Below, in pieces: positions 38,704 to 48,642 of a stretch of DNA of 64,000 bases. A program made the translations under genes and the position numbers. The first letter of the stretch is position 1. Each line of letters begins with the position of its first letter. The DNA is taken from assembly GCA_032128875.1 (NCBI GenBank), contig JAVLKG010000011.1, forward strand, positions 96,001-160,000, given 5' to 3'. The notes below the pieces were generated by a model, which did no database searches, was not told the origin of the DNA, and worked only from the letters and a program-made list of their open reading frames with translations. This stretch comes from Candidatus Melainabacteria bacterium 17Bon1m. GTDB lineage: Bacteria; Cyanobacteriota; Vampirovibrionia; Obscuribacterales; Obscuribacteraceae.

Positions 38704-40665
38704 TTATTTTGATTCCTTACTGTCGATCTCTTCTTTGAACTTGACCTTGATGTCGTTCAAATTGAGAATGCCCAGATCGCCTTCGCGTCTGTGGCGCAAC
38801 GCAGCTCCGTCGGCAGCCAATTCTTTGTCCCCGATAACACACATGTAGGGCACTTGCTCTAACTGTGCTTCGCGGATGCGGTAGTTGATCGTTTCAGAAC
38901 GAGTGTCTACCTTTACGCGCATTCCCATCTCCTTGAGCGCCGCGGCGACTTTGTCGGCGTGCTCGTAGTGACGGTCTGCAATCGGGAGAATTACTGCTTG
39001 AATCGGCGCCAGCCAAAGCGGGAAAGCCCCGGCATAGTGTTCGATCAAACCGCCGACGAAACGCTCCATCGAACCGAGGACAGCGCGGTGGATCATAACT
39101 ACTTTGTGGCGGGCATTATCGTCGCCTATGAAATTCACATCAAAACGGTTGGGCAAGTTCAAATCGACCTGCACTGTTGGACCTTGCCATTCGCGGCCGA
39201 TGGCATCATAGAGTTTGATGTCGATTTTCGGAGCGTAGAACGCGCCGCCGCCTTCATCAATCTCGCATTCCAATCCGCGCGATTTAGCCGCGTTTTTCAA
39301 CGCTTCTGTGGCTTGATCCCATTCCTCGACCGATCCGATGAATTTCTCCGGACGTGTTGCCAGATAGGCTTTATATGTATAGCCGAAGGTTTTCATCAAC
39401 GAATCGATCAAATCGAGAATGCCATTGATTTCACTTTCCATCTGCTCAGGCGTGCAGAAGATGTGCGAGTCGTCTTGGGTAAATCCGCGGACGCGCAGCA
39501 TTCCGTGCAATACGCCGGAGCGCTCGTAGCGATAGACCGTTCCCAATTCCGCAAAGCGCAGCGGCAAATCGCGATAGCTGCGCAGTTTGGTCTTGTAGAT
39601 CATGATGTGACCGGGGCAGTTCATCGGTTTGGCACGATAAGGCATGCCGTCGATGTCCATTGCCGAGTACATGTTCTCGCCGTAAGACTCTAGGTGACCG
39701 CTGATTTTATAGAGTTCTTCCGACGCGATGTGCGGAGTGAAAACGAAGTCATAGCCGCGTTTTCTGTGCTCATCTCGCCAGTAGTCTTCGATTACGGCGC
39801 GGACTGTCGCCAGATTTGGATGCCAGAAAACCAACCCTGGACCTACTTCATCGTGCGTGGAAAAAAGGTCCAACTGCTTCGAAAGGCGTCTGTGGTCGCG
39901 TTTTTCCGCTTCTTCCAGTCGGTGCAGGTAATCTTCAAGATCTTTCTTAGACCAGAAAGCCGTCGCGTAAATGCGCTGCAGATGGTCTTTCTTCTCATCT
40001 CCACGCCAGTATGAGCCTGAAAACTTGAGGAGCTTGAAGGCTTTTATATGGTTGGTTGACGGCAAGTGCGGTCCCCGGCAGAGATCGTTCCAGATCGTCT
40101 TGCCATCTTTGTCCTGCATGAGATAGAGCGTCGGCTCGTGGTCTCTGTGTTCTTCCAGAAGTTCGGCTTTGTACTTTTCGCCTTGATCCTTGAATTCTTT
40201 TATTTGTTTGTCGACATCAGGAATATAGAAGCGCACCAACTTTTGATTGGAGTCGGCGATTTTCTTCATTTCTGCTTCGATTTTTTCCAAGTCCTCAGCC
40301 GTGAGCTTGTGATCCGGGATATCGAAGTCGTAATAAAAACCGTCTTCAATTGTTGGACCAATGGCAATTTTTGCCTGTGGAAACAGGTTTTGCACAGCCT
40401 GCGCCATAACGTGCGCGCTGGAATGCCTCAAAAGTTCAATAGATTGCTTATCTTCGGGTTTGAGGATGCAGACTGTGTCGCCGTCGTTCAGAGGAGTGAA
40501 TAAATCGCGCAATTCGCCGTTGATTGTGGCGCCTACGGCTTTTCTGTAAAGCCCTTCTGCGATTGATTTTGCTAGATCTGCTGCGGTCCAACCAGGTTCG
40601 ATCGGTCTCTTGGAGCCGTCGGGCAGATTGACCACTGGAGCGTTTTTTACCTCTTGAACTGACAT
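38704..40665 (-). CDS. thrS: Threonine--tRNA ligase
   Basis: TGS domain, RHSSAHVMAQA, DLCRGPH, KPMNCPGH, RVRGFTQDDSH. Confidence 0.97.
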   Translation of the reverse strand: MSVQEVKNAPVVNLPDGSKRPIEPGWTAADLAKSIAEGLYRKAVGATINGELRDLFTPLNDGDTVCILKPEDKQSIELLRHSSAHVMAQAVQNLFPQAKIAIGPTIEDGFYYDFDIPDHKLTAEDLEKIEAEMKKIADSNQKLVRFYIPDVDKQIKEFKDQGEKYKAELLEEHRDHEPTLYLMQDKDGKTIWNDLCRGPHLPSTNHIKAFKLLKFSGSYWRGDEKKDHLQRIYATAFWSKKDLEDYLHRLEEAEKRDHRRLSKQLDLFSTHDEVGPGLVFWHPNLATVRAVIEDYWRDEHRKRGYDFVFTPHIASEELYKISGHLESYGENMYSAMDIDGMPYRAKPMNCPGHIMIYKTKLRSYRDLPLRFAELGTVYRYERSGVLHGMLRVRGFTQDDSHIFCTPEQMESEINGILDLIDSLMKTFGYTYKAYLATRPEKFIGSVEEWDQATEALKNAAKSRGLECEIDEGGGAFYAPKIDIKLYDAIGREWQGPTVQVDLNLPNRFDVNFIGDDNARHKVVMIHRAVLGSMERFVGGLIEHYAGAFPLWLAPIQAVILPIADRHYEHADKVAAALKEMGMRVKVDTRSETINYRIREAQLEQVPYMCVIGDKELAADGAALRHRREGDLGILNLNDIKVKFKEEIDSKESK

Positions 40666-40737
40666 GATGTTTATCCTCATAATGCGGCATCTACAAACTG
40701 CCGTAGATAAGGATCTTACCAATTCAAAGTGTAGTTT

Positions 40738-41229
40738 CTAACAACCGAACTCGCTTCTGAGCTGTTTCGTAAAGGATGCGAGGTTGTCGCGGGTCGTGTG
40801 CATGCGAATTCCGACGCCATCCCAGCGGTATACGCCCGTTGTGGCGTTTCCTGAATCCAGCCAGGCTTCGACCTTGAAGCCGAAGACGGGGGCTTTTGTA
40901 ACGCGCAATTCGAAGAAAGGTTCGGCTGGCTCGAACAATACAGAGTCCACTTTGCCCTCGATTAACTGCTCAATCTGCTCGGCCAGTTCGTGAACTTCAT
41001 CTTTTGGCTTACGGCAGATGAGGCATTCTTCGAAGTCTGACTCCTCGTCAGGGGATGAATTTCCATTAGATGAATAGCCGAGATTTATATTGAAAGGTCC
41101 GCTTACAAGCGCCAGACCGACTTTCTGCCAGGCCTGGTCGCTCATGATTTCAGCCACCGGCAATGCTGGACCGGGGACGATCTCAAGAGTGCTCTCTACT
41201 TCTTTATCTTCAGAGGCTAGTTTTGCCAA
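40738..41229 (-). CDS. Hypothetical acidic protein (TTG start)
   Basis: 163-aa ORF co-oriented between mnmE and thrS; GAAGG RBS. Confidence 0.7.
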   Translation of the reverse strand: MAKLASEDKEVESTLEIVPGPALPVAEIMSDQAWQKVGLALVSGPFNINLGYSSNGNSSPDEESDFEECLICRKPKDEVHELAEQIEQLIEGKVDSVLFEPAEPFFELRVTKAPVFGFKVEAWLDSGNATTGVYRWDGVGIRMHTTRDNLASFTKQLRSEFGC

Positions 41230-41324
41230 AAGGGACCTTCTTTATTTGATTACCGATACGAACTTCTTACTAATGCCTATCTGCGGATTGACGCTGGAAA
41301 AGACTAACTCCGACAAACGCTGAA

Positions 41325-42740
41325 CTACTTACCAATACAGAAATTTGCAAAAACCTGACCAATCACTTCCTCAGAAACGGATTCTCCGCACACCTCGGAC
41401 AAGCGATCCACCGCCAATTTTAGATCGGTGGCCAGGCAGTCTTGGGGGAGTCCAGTGTCTAGAGTTTCTTTAACTAGCTGCAAAGCTTGATTGGCGCTGC
41501 GACAGAGCTCATGCTGGCGTTGATTAAGTGAGCCGCCCGCTTGCTTTAGCGCGTCTTCTGTGAGTACGTAATTCTCAATAACTGCGCCAATGTCTTTTAC
41601 ACCTGCACCGGTCTTTGCTGATATCTCCAGCTTTGCCACTGGTGGGGCCGCGTCTTGGGCGATTTTGCCATGGAGAAACTCGTCAAAATTGAAATCGGGG
41701 CTCAAGTCCACTTTGTTGGCGATGAGCACGAAAGGCTTATTACCAACCAATTCGCGAACTTTGCTGTCTTCCTCGGACCAGGGAGTATTGGCTTCGAATA
41801 GCATCAATATAAAGTCTGCTTCTTCGACCGCCATAGCCGAACGCTCGATACCAATTTGTTCTACGGTGTCCTGCGTGTGGCGAATGCCTGCAGTATCGAT
41901 GAGTATTACAGGAATGCCGTTCAGGTCAAGCGGTTCATGAAGCGCGTCTCGAGTGGTTCCGGCGATTTCTGTGACGATGGCGCGATCATAGCTGAGCAGC
42001 TGATTGAGAAGACTTGATTTACCGGCGTTTGGTTTTCCGACGATTGCGACTTTCATTCCTTCACGTAGGAAGTGACCGGAGCGCGCGGTTCGCAAAAGCC
42101 GCTCCAAGGCTTCGCTGCTTTGTTGAAGGACGCTTTCAATGCGCTCTTGCGGTGCATCTCCTACCTCTTCAGGAAAATCGATGCCGGCTACTATTTCTGT
42201 GAGCAGCGTGAGCAACTCGAAGCGAACTGCTTTTATCTTTGCGCCCAAGCCGCCCGCCATAGCCGATACTGCAAGCTGTCTTTGGCGGACTGTCTTTGCT
42301 TGAATTAAATCGAGAACTGCTTCTGCTTGAGTTAAATCGATTTTGCCCGCCAGGAAAGCCCTTTGCGTAAACTCCCCGGCGCGCGCGAGTCTTGCACCGC
42401 TCTCTACGCAAGCATTCAGAATTTCGGCTGTGACGACAGAACCGCCGTGGCAATTGATTTCAATCAGGTCGGAGCCGGTGTAAGAATTTGGTGCCTTATA
42501 GGCGATAACTACTACTTCATCGATTACGTTTCCGGTCTTGGGATCTCGGATAAACCCGTGTTGGGCCGTGTGTGTTTTTAGTGGCGGCTCTCCTGCTTGA
42601 TGTGGAAAGCCTTGCGGGGTGAAAAGTCGGTTTGTTATAGACCAGGCCTGATCGCCCGCCAGCCGTACGATTGCGATGGCTCCCGCGCCGTGCGCGGTCG
42701 AGATTGCACAAATGGTGTCGTCTAGAAACATTGAATTCAT
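41325..42740 (-). CDS. mnmE: tRNA modification GTPase MnmE
   Basis: DTICAIST, EINCHGG, GKPNAGKSS, GTTRD, DTAG, NKVD, FCIGK end. Confidence 0.97.
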   Translation of the reverse strand: MNSMFLDDTICAISTAHGAGAIAIVRLAGDQAWSITNRLFTPQGFPHQAGEPPLKTHTAQHGFIRDPKTGNVIDEVVVIAYKAPNSYTGSDLIEINCHGGSVVTAEILNACVESGARLARAGEFTQRAFLAGKIDLTQAEAVLDLIQAKTVRQRQLAVSAMAGGLGAKIKAVRFELLTLLTEIVAGIDFPEEVGDAPQERIESVLQQSSEALERLLRTARSGHFLREGMKVAIVGKPNAGKSSLLNQLLSYDRAIVTEIAGTTRDALHEPLDLNGIPVILIDTAGIRHTQDTVEQIGIERSAMAVEEADFILMLFEANTPWSEEDSKVRELVGNKPFVLIANKVDLSPDFNFDEFLHGKIAQDAAPPVAKLEISAKTGAGVKDIGAVIENYVLTEDALKQAGGSLNQRQHELCRSANQALQLVKETLDTGLPQDCLATDLKLAVDRLSEVCGESVSEEVIGQVFANFCIGK

Positions 42741-43128
42741 GGAGGTTGAATTTACCACATGGTGAGGTAGATGCTTATGGAATGAGCTCTTTTGCAAGCA
42801 GGGATTAAGTTGGAAGAAGTGGCCCCTCGATTTCAAATGAATATAGCTTTCGTATGTACCCAGTGCTTATCGCTCTTAAAATGCGGATTCCCAAAGAAAA
42901 AATTTTTTGTCGAAAATAGCCTGGAATCTTTTTTGTGGCATCCTGCAAATGCGGCGCCGTTTCTGGCTCTCATGGCTTACGCCTTTTGCCATGCGCCTTT
43001 TCATCGGCAAGATTTCCAATTTTTTTTCGCTCGAACTACTTGAATAAGATCGGAAGTAGCTGGTAGTATCACGCAGTTTTACGGCTATTAAATTGGCTCT
43101 CGATAGTATTTAGGTTAGGGAGAATTCC

Positions 43129-43554
43129 ATGAACAAAGCAGAGTTAGTCAACCAAATCGCTAAGTCGACTGGTCAAACCAAGATGCAAGTGCACAACGCA
43201 GTTGCTTCTATGTTGCACACCGTCACCCAAGCTCTTCAAAAGGGCGACAGAGTGACCTTGGTCGGATTTGGCACCTTCGAGCGTCGTCAGCGTCAAGCTC
43301 GCACCGGCGTTAACCCGCAAAATCCGAAGCAAAAGCTCAGAATCGAAGCAGCTAAAGTGCCTGTATTCAGAGCAGGACAAGAGCTCAAAGATGTTGTAGA
43401 CGGCAGAGCAAAATTGCCTGCTTTGAAGGTCGAAAAACCGGCCGCTGCAGCTCCTAAGAAAGCCGCTGCTAAGAAGCCTGCTAAGAAAGCAGCTAAGCCC
43501 GCTAAGAAGGCAGCTAAGCCAGCTAAGAAAGCAGCTAAGAAGAAAAAACGCTAA
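43129..43554 (+). CDS. hup: Second HU protein with a histone-H1-like Lys/Ala/Pro C-terminal tail
   Basis: HU core followed by PKKAAAKKPAKKAAKPAKKAAKPAKKAAKKKKR. Confidence 0.92.
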   Translation: MNKAELVNQIAKSTGQTKMQVHNAVASMLHTVTQALQKGDRVTLVGFGTFERRQRQARTGVNPQNPKQKLRIEAAKVPVFRAGQELKDVVDGRAKLPALKVEKPAAAAPKKAAAKKPAKKAAKPAKKAAKPAKKAAKKKKR

Positions 43555-43579
43555 GCGCTAAGCAAAGCAAAAATTCTTG

Positions 43580-43609
43580 AGGGGAGGCGAAAGCCTCCCT
43601 TTTGCTTTT
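43580..43609 (+). terminator. Rho-independent terminator of the tailed HU gene
   Basis: GGGAGGC-GAAA-GCCTCCC-TTTTGCTTTT. Confidence 0.85.
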
Positions 43610-43647
43610 GTGGAAAAACTAGAATCGCTGGGCATTTCTACGCTCGT

Positions 43648-43760
43648 TCTCGGCTTCACCTTCAACTTCAATTTCGCCTTCGCCCTCGCTTTAAACTTCT
43701 ACTTCGGCTTCCACTTCGGCTTCCACTTCGGATTCGACTTCGGCTTCGGCTTCGGCTTTG
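43648..43760. repeat. Degenerate hexamer repeat (CTTCNN)n
   Basis: cttcggcttccacttcggcttccacttcggattcgacttcggcttcggcttcgg and flanking variants. Confidence 0.85.
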
Positions 43761-43787
43761 ACCTTGTCTATTTCCGTTTTTACCTAA

Positions 43788-43976
43788 TCCATCCACTCCG
43801 AAAAATCTGGATTTTTCGGAGTGGATGGAAGCCTCGAAATGCCCATGAAATGGACATTTCTATTTATTGCCTGAGAAGTGCTTGATAAGCGCAGCGTCTG
43901 AAAGCCTGATTAAATCGGGGTTTCAGCCTTCGCCATTTGCTCCGAAAAACCGGGAAATTTCGGAGTAGATGGAAGG
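43788..43976. repeat. Cluster of four hairpins, including two copies of a ~42-bp palindrome
   Basis: 43788-43829 is a perfect 20-bp inverted repeat with a 2-nt loop; degenerate copy at 43933-43972; hairpins at 43836-43860 and 43898-43926 lie between. Confidence 0.8.
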
Positions 43977-44004
43977 AAGCGAATTTGAAATGGCTTGGTC
44001 GCTG

Positions 44005-44685
44005 TCAGTTTTTCCTATCTCTGGAATCACTTACGCTGCAGGATTTATCGCCATGTTTCTCATCCGTTTTTTCAGAAGGGCTTCCGGCTAATTTATCGAT
44101 TGGTCCAAATCTCAAAAACAGAATGACGATCAAATTATTCAACACATGCCCTGTAATGGGTGCCCAGAGCGAATTTGTCGCTTCCATCGACAGTCCGAAC
44201 ATCAGCCCGGCAACCATTGCCCATATGCCGTATGTGAGGTAACGCAAAGTGGGCATGTGGAACATGCCGAAAATTCCGGCTGCTATATAAAGATTGAAAT
44301 CGAGTTGCAGTGCGCCGCGGAAAAATACCTCTTCACAAAAGCCCGATACGACAGAGATTAAGAGCGCGTCCAAAACTGTTATGTCACGAAAGAGAGGCGC
44401 CAGTTCTTCCACTGCTATGCGCTTCATCGAAAGAATGGGGCCGTCAGCTCGCTTCGGAAATACCTTCTCAAGAAGATACGAGCCGGAATAAATGACGAAT
44501 GATGTAAAGACAAGCGCAACGCCCACTGCCGCGCCGATCGCGAAGTCCTTACCGTGTGGTACCAAGACTGGTGCGAGCAAAATGTTGCCTAGCCAACACC
44601 AGATTGTGGCGAGAAGAAGTAATGCTCCTTCTATGTAGAGGACGATATTGAGGAGCAAGCCTCGGTCAGGACGTAACTCGCGCAT
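44005..44685 (-). CDS. CPBP (Abi/CAAX) family intramembrane glutamic endopeptidase
   Basis: EEVFFRG, FGMFH, HVLNN motifs. Confidence 0.88.
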   Translation of the reverse strand: MRELRPDRGLLLNIVLYIEGALLLLATIWCWLGNILLAPVLVPHGKDFAIGAAVGVALVFTSFVIYSGSYLLEKVFPKRADGPILSMKRIAVEELAPLFRDITVLDALLISVVSGFCEEVFFRGALQLDFNLYIAAGIFGMFHMPTLRYLTYGIWAMVAGLMFGLSMEATNSLWAPITGHVLNNLIVILFLRFGPIDKLAGSPSEKTDEKHGDKSCSVSDSRDRKN

Positions 44686-45643
44686 CCGAGAATACGACCT
44701 CCGGCTTACCCATGTTTTGTATTTGCTTCAAAAGTGCCACGTAGACTCCGTTTTGAACAGCCAGAAAAAAACGACCAGATTCGCCGTTTTTGCAAACAAC
44801 CCGACTGCCTTCGTTCGATGAGATGTCCTTTGATGCTAAATCAATTGCGCGTCCGTTGAAAATGTTTTCCGCATCTCTGTGATCGACTTCGATCTTTTCA
44901 AAGCCAAGCGCTGTTGTAAGGTCTGTGAAAAGTGACTGCCAGTCATCTTTTTCGATAAGCTCTTTTATCTGGTCCAGTGACAGTGAATTGTCTATGGACA
45001 GATTACCGGCTTTTTCGCGTACGAGTTTGGATAGGCAGGCGGCACTTCCCAATGCTTCTCCAAGATCGCGTGCCAAAGAGCGAATGTATGTTCCTTTGGA
45101 GCAATGCACTCGCACGGACGCAACGGGACCATTGAAGGCGGTGGACCCAGCACGTGCATCAGACGCACCGGAGGCTTGGAAGGAAAGCAGATCAAATTGA
45201 TGTACTGTGACCGTTCGCTCAGGAGCCTTTTCCGGCGCTTTGCCTTTTCTCGCCAAGTCATATAGATGCTGTCCATCAATGCGAATGGCACTGTAGACGG
45301 GCGGATTTTGCTTGATCTCGCCGCGAAATTGCGTGAGTGCAGATTCTATTTGGGCTTGAGTTATGTGCGAGGCGTCTTTTTCTTCCAGCACCTCGCCTTC
45401 TAAATCGTCTGTCGAGGTTCTTTTACCGAACAAAATTTCGGCATAGTAAGTCTTGTCTGAAGGCAAAAAGTCGATAAGCCGGCATGCCTGACCCAGCGCC
45501 ATCGGTAAGACACCCTCAGCGAGTGGGTCCAGTGTGCCGCCGTGTCCTGAGCGTTTTACTCGCGTCAAGCGACGAACACGCACGACAACATCATGTGAAG
45601 TCATGCCCGGCGGCTTCAACACATTTAGAAAACCGAAGTGCAC
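44666..45643 (-). CDS. truB: tRNA pseudouridine(55) synthase
   Basis: KPPGMTSHDVV, GHGGTLDPLAEGVL, CSKGTYIRSLARD. Confidence 0.96.
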   Translation of the reverse strand: MHFGFLNVLKPPGMTSHDVVVRVRRLTRVKRSGHGGTLDPLAEGVLPMALGQACRLIDFLPSDKTYYAEILFGKRTSTDDLEGEVLEEKDASHITQAQIESALTQFRGEIKQNPPVYSAIRIDGQHLYDLARKGKAPEKAPERTVTVHQFDLLSFQASGASDARAGSTAFNGPVASVRVHCSKGTYIRSLARDLGEALGSAACLSKLVREKAGNLSIDNSLSLDQIKELIEKDDWQSLFTDLTTALGFEKIEVDHRDAENIFNGRAIDLASKDISSNEGSRVVCKNGESGRFFLAVQNGVYVALLKQIQNMGKPEVVFSDARVTS

Positions 45644-45658
45644 TGCTTTGCCTGAAAG

Positions 45659-46012
45659 TTAAACTTCGCCGCGGGCAATTTTTCCGAGCAAATCGGAAAC
45701 TTTGGCGCCGCGCTCAAGCGAGGTGTCGAGCTTGAGATTTAGTTCTGGAGCAAAACGCAAATGCAGGCGGCGGCACAGTTCGCCTCTCATATAGCCGAGG
45801 TGTTCGTTGAGTGCTTCCATCGTGCTTTCGGAATCACCTTCGGCGCCGAAAACGGAGACGTAAACACGGCACGAACGGCAATCAGGCGTGGACTCGACGT
45901 CGGTAATCGAGACAAGACCCTTAATACGGTCGTCTTTCAAATCGCGGCGAATGATTTCCGACAACTCTTTCTTTATTGACTGGGAAACTCGCAATGCGCG
46001 TTGGCTGGACAT
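45659..46012 (-). CDS. rbfA: 30S ribosome-binding factor A
   Basis: LRFAPEL, DTSLERG; lies between infB and truB. Confidence 0.95.
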   Translation of the reverse strand: MSSQRALRVSQSIKKELSEIIRRDLKDDRIKGLVSITDVESTPDCRSCRVYVSVFGAEGDSESTMEALNEHLGYMRGELCRRLHLRFAPELNLKLDTSLERGAKVSDLLGKIARGEV

Positions 46013-46052
46013 AATTCACCTCTCCAAGAAAGGTAAGAAAGGGCGAAGGAAA

Positions 46053-48635
46053 CTAAGAGCGGGTAATTTCGCGCTTGGTTTCTTGAATTTCGTAGACAGT
46101 GACCTTGTCGCCTTCTTGCAGGTCATTGAATTTCTCGAAGCTCATGCCGCATTCAAAGCCGGTTGCGACTTCTTTGGCATCGTCTTTGAAGCGCTTGAGA
46201 GTTTCGATCTTGCCTTCGTAAACGATAGTGCCGCCGCGGTCGATTTTGGCGATGCCGCCGCGTTTGACCTTTCCGGATGTGACCATGCAACCACCGATGG
46301 AGAGCGCTTTGCCCAGTTTGAACACGGCGCGGATCTCGGCTTGACCGATTTGAACCTCGGACTTGAGCGGTTGGATGAGACCTTGAATGGCTTTTTCGAG
46401 GTCGTCTGTAATTTGATAGATGATGTTGTAGGTACGAACATCAACGCCTTCTTTTTCGCTGACTTCTTGTGCGTTGCGGTCAGGCTGCACGTTGAAGCCG
46501 ACGATGATGGCATTTGAAGATGCCGCCAGGTTGACGTCGTTTTCGGAGATGTCACCGGATGATGTACGAAGAACGCGCACTGCAACTTCATTAGAAGTGA
46601 GTTTGCGGATTTGTTCGGCGATAGCTTCGGCTGTACCTTGTACGTCTGCTTTGACAATGATGTTGAGTTCTTTGACTTCACCGGTTGCCAGCATATCGTG
46701 CAGAGATTCGAGAGTGACGTGGTGTGGACGTCTGTCTCCTCTTTCTGCTTTGCGGCCATCGACGATTTGCTTTTGGATCTGCATGTCGGCAACGACTTCG
46801 AAGCGGTCGCCGGCTTGTGGAACATCGTCAAGACCGAGCACTTCCACAGGCATCGATGGACCGGCTGCTTTGACGCGCTGTCCTCGATCATCAAATAGAG
46901 CTCTGACTCTGCCTGATGCTGTTCCGGCAATAAGCAAATCGCCTTCTCTGAGTGTGCCAGTCTGAACGAGCGCTGTAGCAACGGCGCCTTTTCCACGAGA
47001 AAGTTCCGCTTCGATGATGACACCGTTGGCGGGTTTTTCGGGGTTGGCTTTCAGATCTTGAATTTCAGACACCAACAAAATCATTTCGAGCAATTCGTCC
47101 AGACCGGTACGCTTCTTCGCCGAAACGTTGACGGTAACAGTGTCTCCACCGAATTTATCGGGGAGAATTCCATGCTCCATCAATTGAGTCAGAACACGAT
47201 CAGGATCTGCATCTTGCTTATCGATTTTGTTGACGGCAACAATAATCGGCACGCCTGCAGCCTTAACGTGGTCGATTGCTTCAATTGTTTGAGGCATGAC
47301 ACCGTCGTCTGCTGCCACTACAAGGATGGCGACGTCGGTGGCCTTGGCTCCGCGAGCACGCATGGCAGTAAATGCTTCGTGACCAGGAGTATCAAGGAAA
47401 ACAATCTGACGCAGCGAGCCATCTTCATGCGGCACTTCGACGTGATAGGCGCCGATGTGCTGCGTGATACCGCCGTGTTCTGCATCCGTGAGCAAGAACT
47501 TCGTCTGTCTAATGGCGTCGAGCAAACTGGTTTTGCCGTGGTCGACGTGACCCATAATCGTGACCACCGGCGGTCTGGTGACCAGGGCCTTGAGGTCTTC
47601 TTCGGAGAGATCTTCTTCGACTTTGACGACTTCCTCGACCTTTTCTTCGGTCAAGACTTCGTATTCCATTTCGGAAGCCAGCTCACGCGCCAGATCAACT
47701 TCTACAAGTTGGTTGACGGTGCGCATGGTTCCTTTCATGAACAGGCGCTTAATCACTTCTGTGTCAGCGACATTCATTTTTTCGGCCAATTCTTTGACCG
47801 TAAGGTTTTGGGTAAGAGTTATCACTTTTGGGACTTCAATTGTCGCGGCTGCTGGGCGCGACTTTTCTTCCTTCTTTTGTTGTTGTTGTCTTTCGTGTCC
47901 AGCATGCCGAGATTTCGGAGGTCTGGGCGGCGTGGCGCGGTTGGAAGGCGCGGCCACTCTCACTGGTTGAGATGGAACAGTTGGCACTGATGGACTTTGA
48001 ACTAGTTTTTTGAATGCATCAGGCGAAAAGTTTTCTGTAGCTTTGGACTTGTCTTCTTTCGGAGGTTCTTCGCTCTTGGGCGCAGTCGCCGGTTCTGTCG
48101 GTGCCTCTTTGACCGGCTCTTTGACAGGTTGGGCTGGCACTTCTTCCGGTTTGTCGTCACCTTTGCCTTTTGGAGCTTTCGACTGTTCGTCTACTTCTTC
48201 CACAACCGGAGGCGCTGGTGCTGCCTCCACGACAGGCTCAGGTGGTGCAGGTGGAGCAACCGGTTCTTGAGGCGGAGCCTTTTCGGCCGGTTCTTGAACT
48301 GGAGCTGCATCGACAGGCGGTGCTTCCGCAACTGTCTCCTCTGGAGCGGTCTCTTTTCTGTATCGTGCCAGTACTCTAGGTTTTTGCTTTTCCGGGGTTT
48401 GGGGCGGCGGGATCTTGCCTAAAGGCTTGGCAGCTGTCTTGACTGCCGGTTTGTCTTTCTCGCCTTTGCCGTTCTTCTTGCCCAGGTGTGAGATAAGAAG
48501 CCCGACTGTACTGGCGTCAATCGTGCTCGAATGGCTCTTGATGTCGTAGCCGAGTTCACGCAAAGCTGTGATGATATCCCCGTTTTCGAGGTTCATCTGG
48601 CGCGCTAATTCGTACACACGGACACGATCATTCAT
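46053..48635 (-). CDS. infB: Translation initiation factor IF-2
   Basis: VRVYELA, RPPVVTIMGHVDHGKT, DTPGHEAF; AAGGAG RBS before ATG 48635. Confidence 0.97.
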   Translation of the reverse strand: MNDRVRVYELARQMNLENGDIITALRELGYDIKSHSSTIDASTVGLLISHLGKKNGKGEKDKPAVKTAAKPLGKIPPPQTPEKQKPRVLARYRKETAPEETVAEAPPVDAAPVQEPAEKAPPQEPVAPPAPPEPVVEAAPAPPVVEEVDEQSKAPKGKGDDKPEEVPAQPVKEPVKEAPTEPATAPKSEEPPKEDKSKATENFSPDAFKKLVQSPSVPTVPSQPVRVAAPSNRATPPRPPKSRHAGHERQQQQKKEEKSRPAAATIEVPKVITLTQNLTVKELAEKMNVADTEVIKRLFMKGTMRTVNQLVEVDLARELASEMEYEVLTEEKVEEVVKVEEDLSEEDLKALVTRPPVVTIMGHVDHGKTSLLDAIRQTKFLLTDAEHGGITQHIGAYHVEVPHEDGSLRQIVFLDTPGHEAFTAMRARGAKATDVAILVVAADDGVMPQTIEAIDHVKAAGVPIIVAVNKIDKQDADPDRVLTQLMEHGILPDKFGGDTVTVNVSAKKRTGLDELLEMILLVSEIQDLKANPEKPANGVIIEAELSRGKGAVATALVQTGTLREGDLLIAGTASGRVRALFDDRGQRVKAAGPSMPVEVLGLDDVPQAGDRFEVVADMQIQKQIVDGRKAERGDRRPHHVTLESLHDMLATGEVKELNIIVKADVQGTAEAIAEQIRKLTSNEVAVRVLRTSSGDISENDVNLAASSNAIIVGFNVQPDRNAQEVSEKEGVDVRTYNIIYQITDDLEKAIQGLIQPLKSEVQIGQAEIRAVFKLGKALSIGGCMVTSGKVKRGGIAKIDRGGTIVYEGKIETLKRFKDDAKEVATGFECGMSFEKFNDLQEGDKVTVYEIQETKREITRS

Positions 48636-48642
48636 CAGGCTT

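Noticed and set aside
40738-41229. Vague resemblance to WapI-like immunity proteins (FEPAEPFFEL)
   Set aside because: Too little sequence support without a profile search; no toxin gene adjacent
43788-43976. Possible mini CRISPR array or SRP RNA (GGAAGGAAGC at 43971)
   Set aside because: Only two divergent repeats about 105 bp apart and no cas genes; the SRP CAGG/AGCAG internal loop is absent
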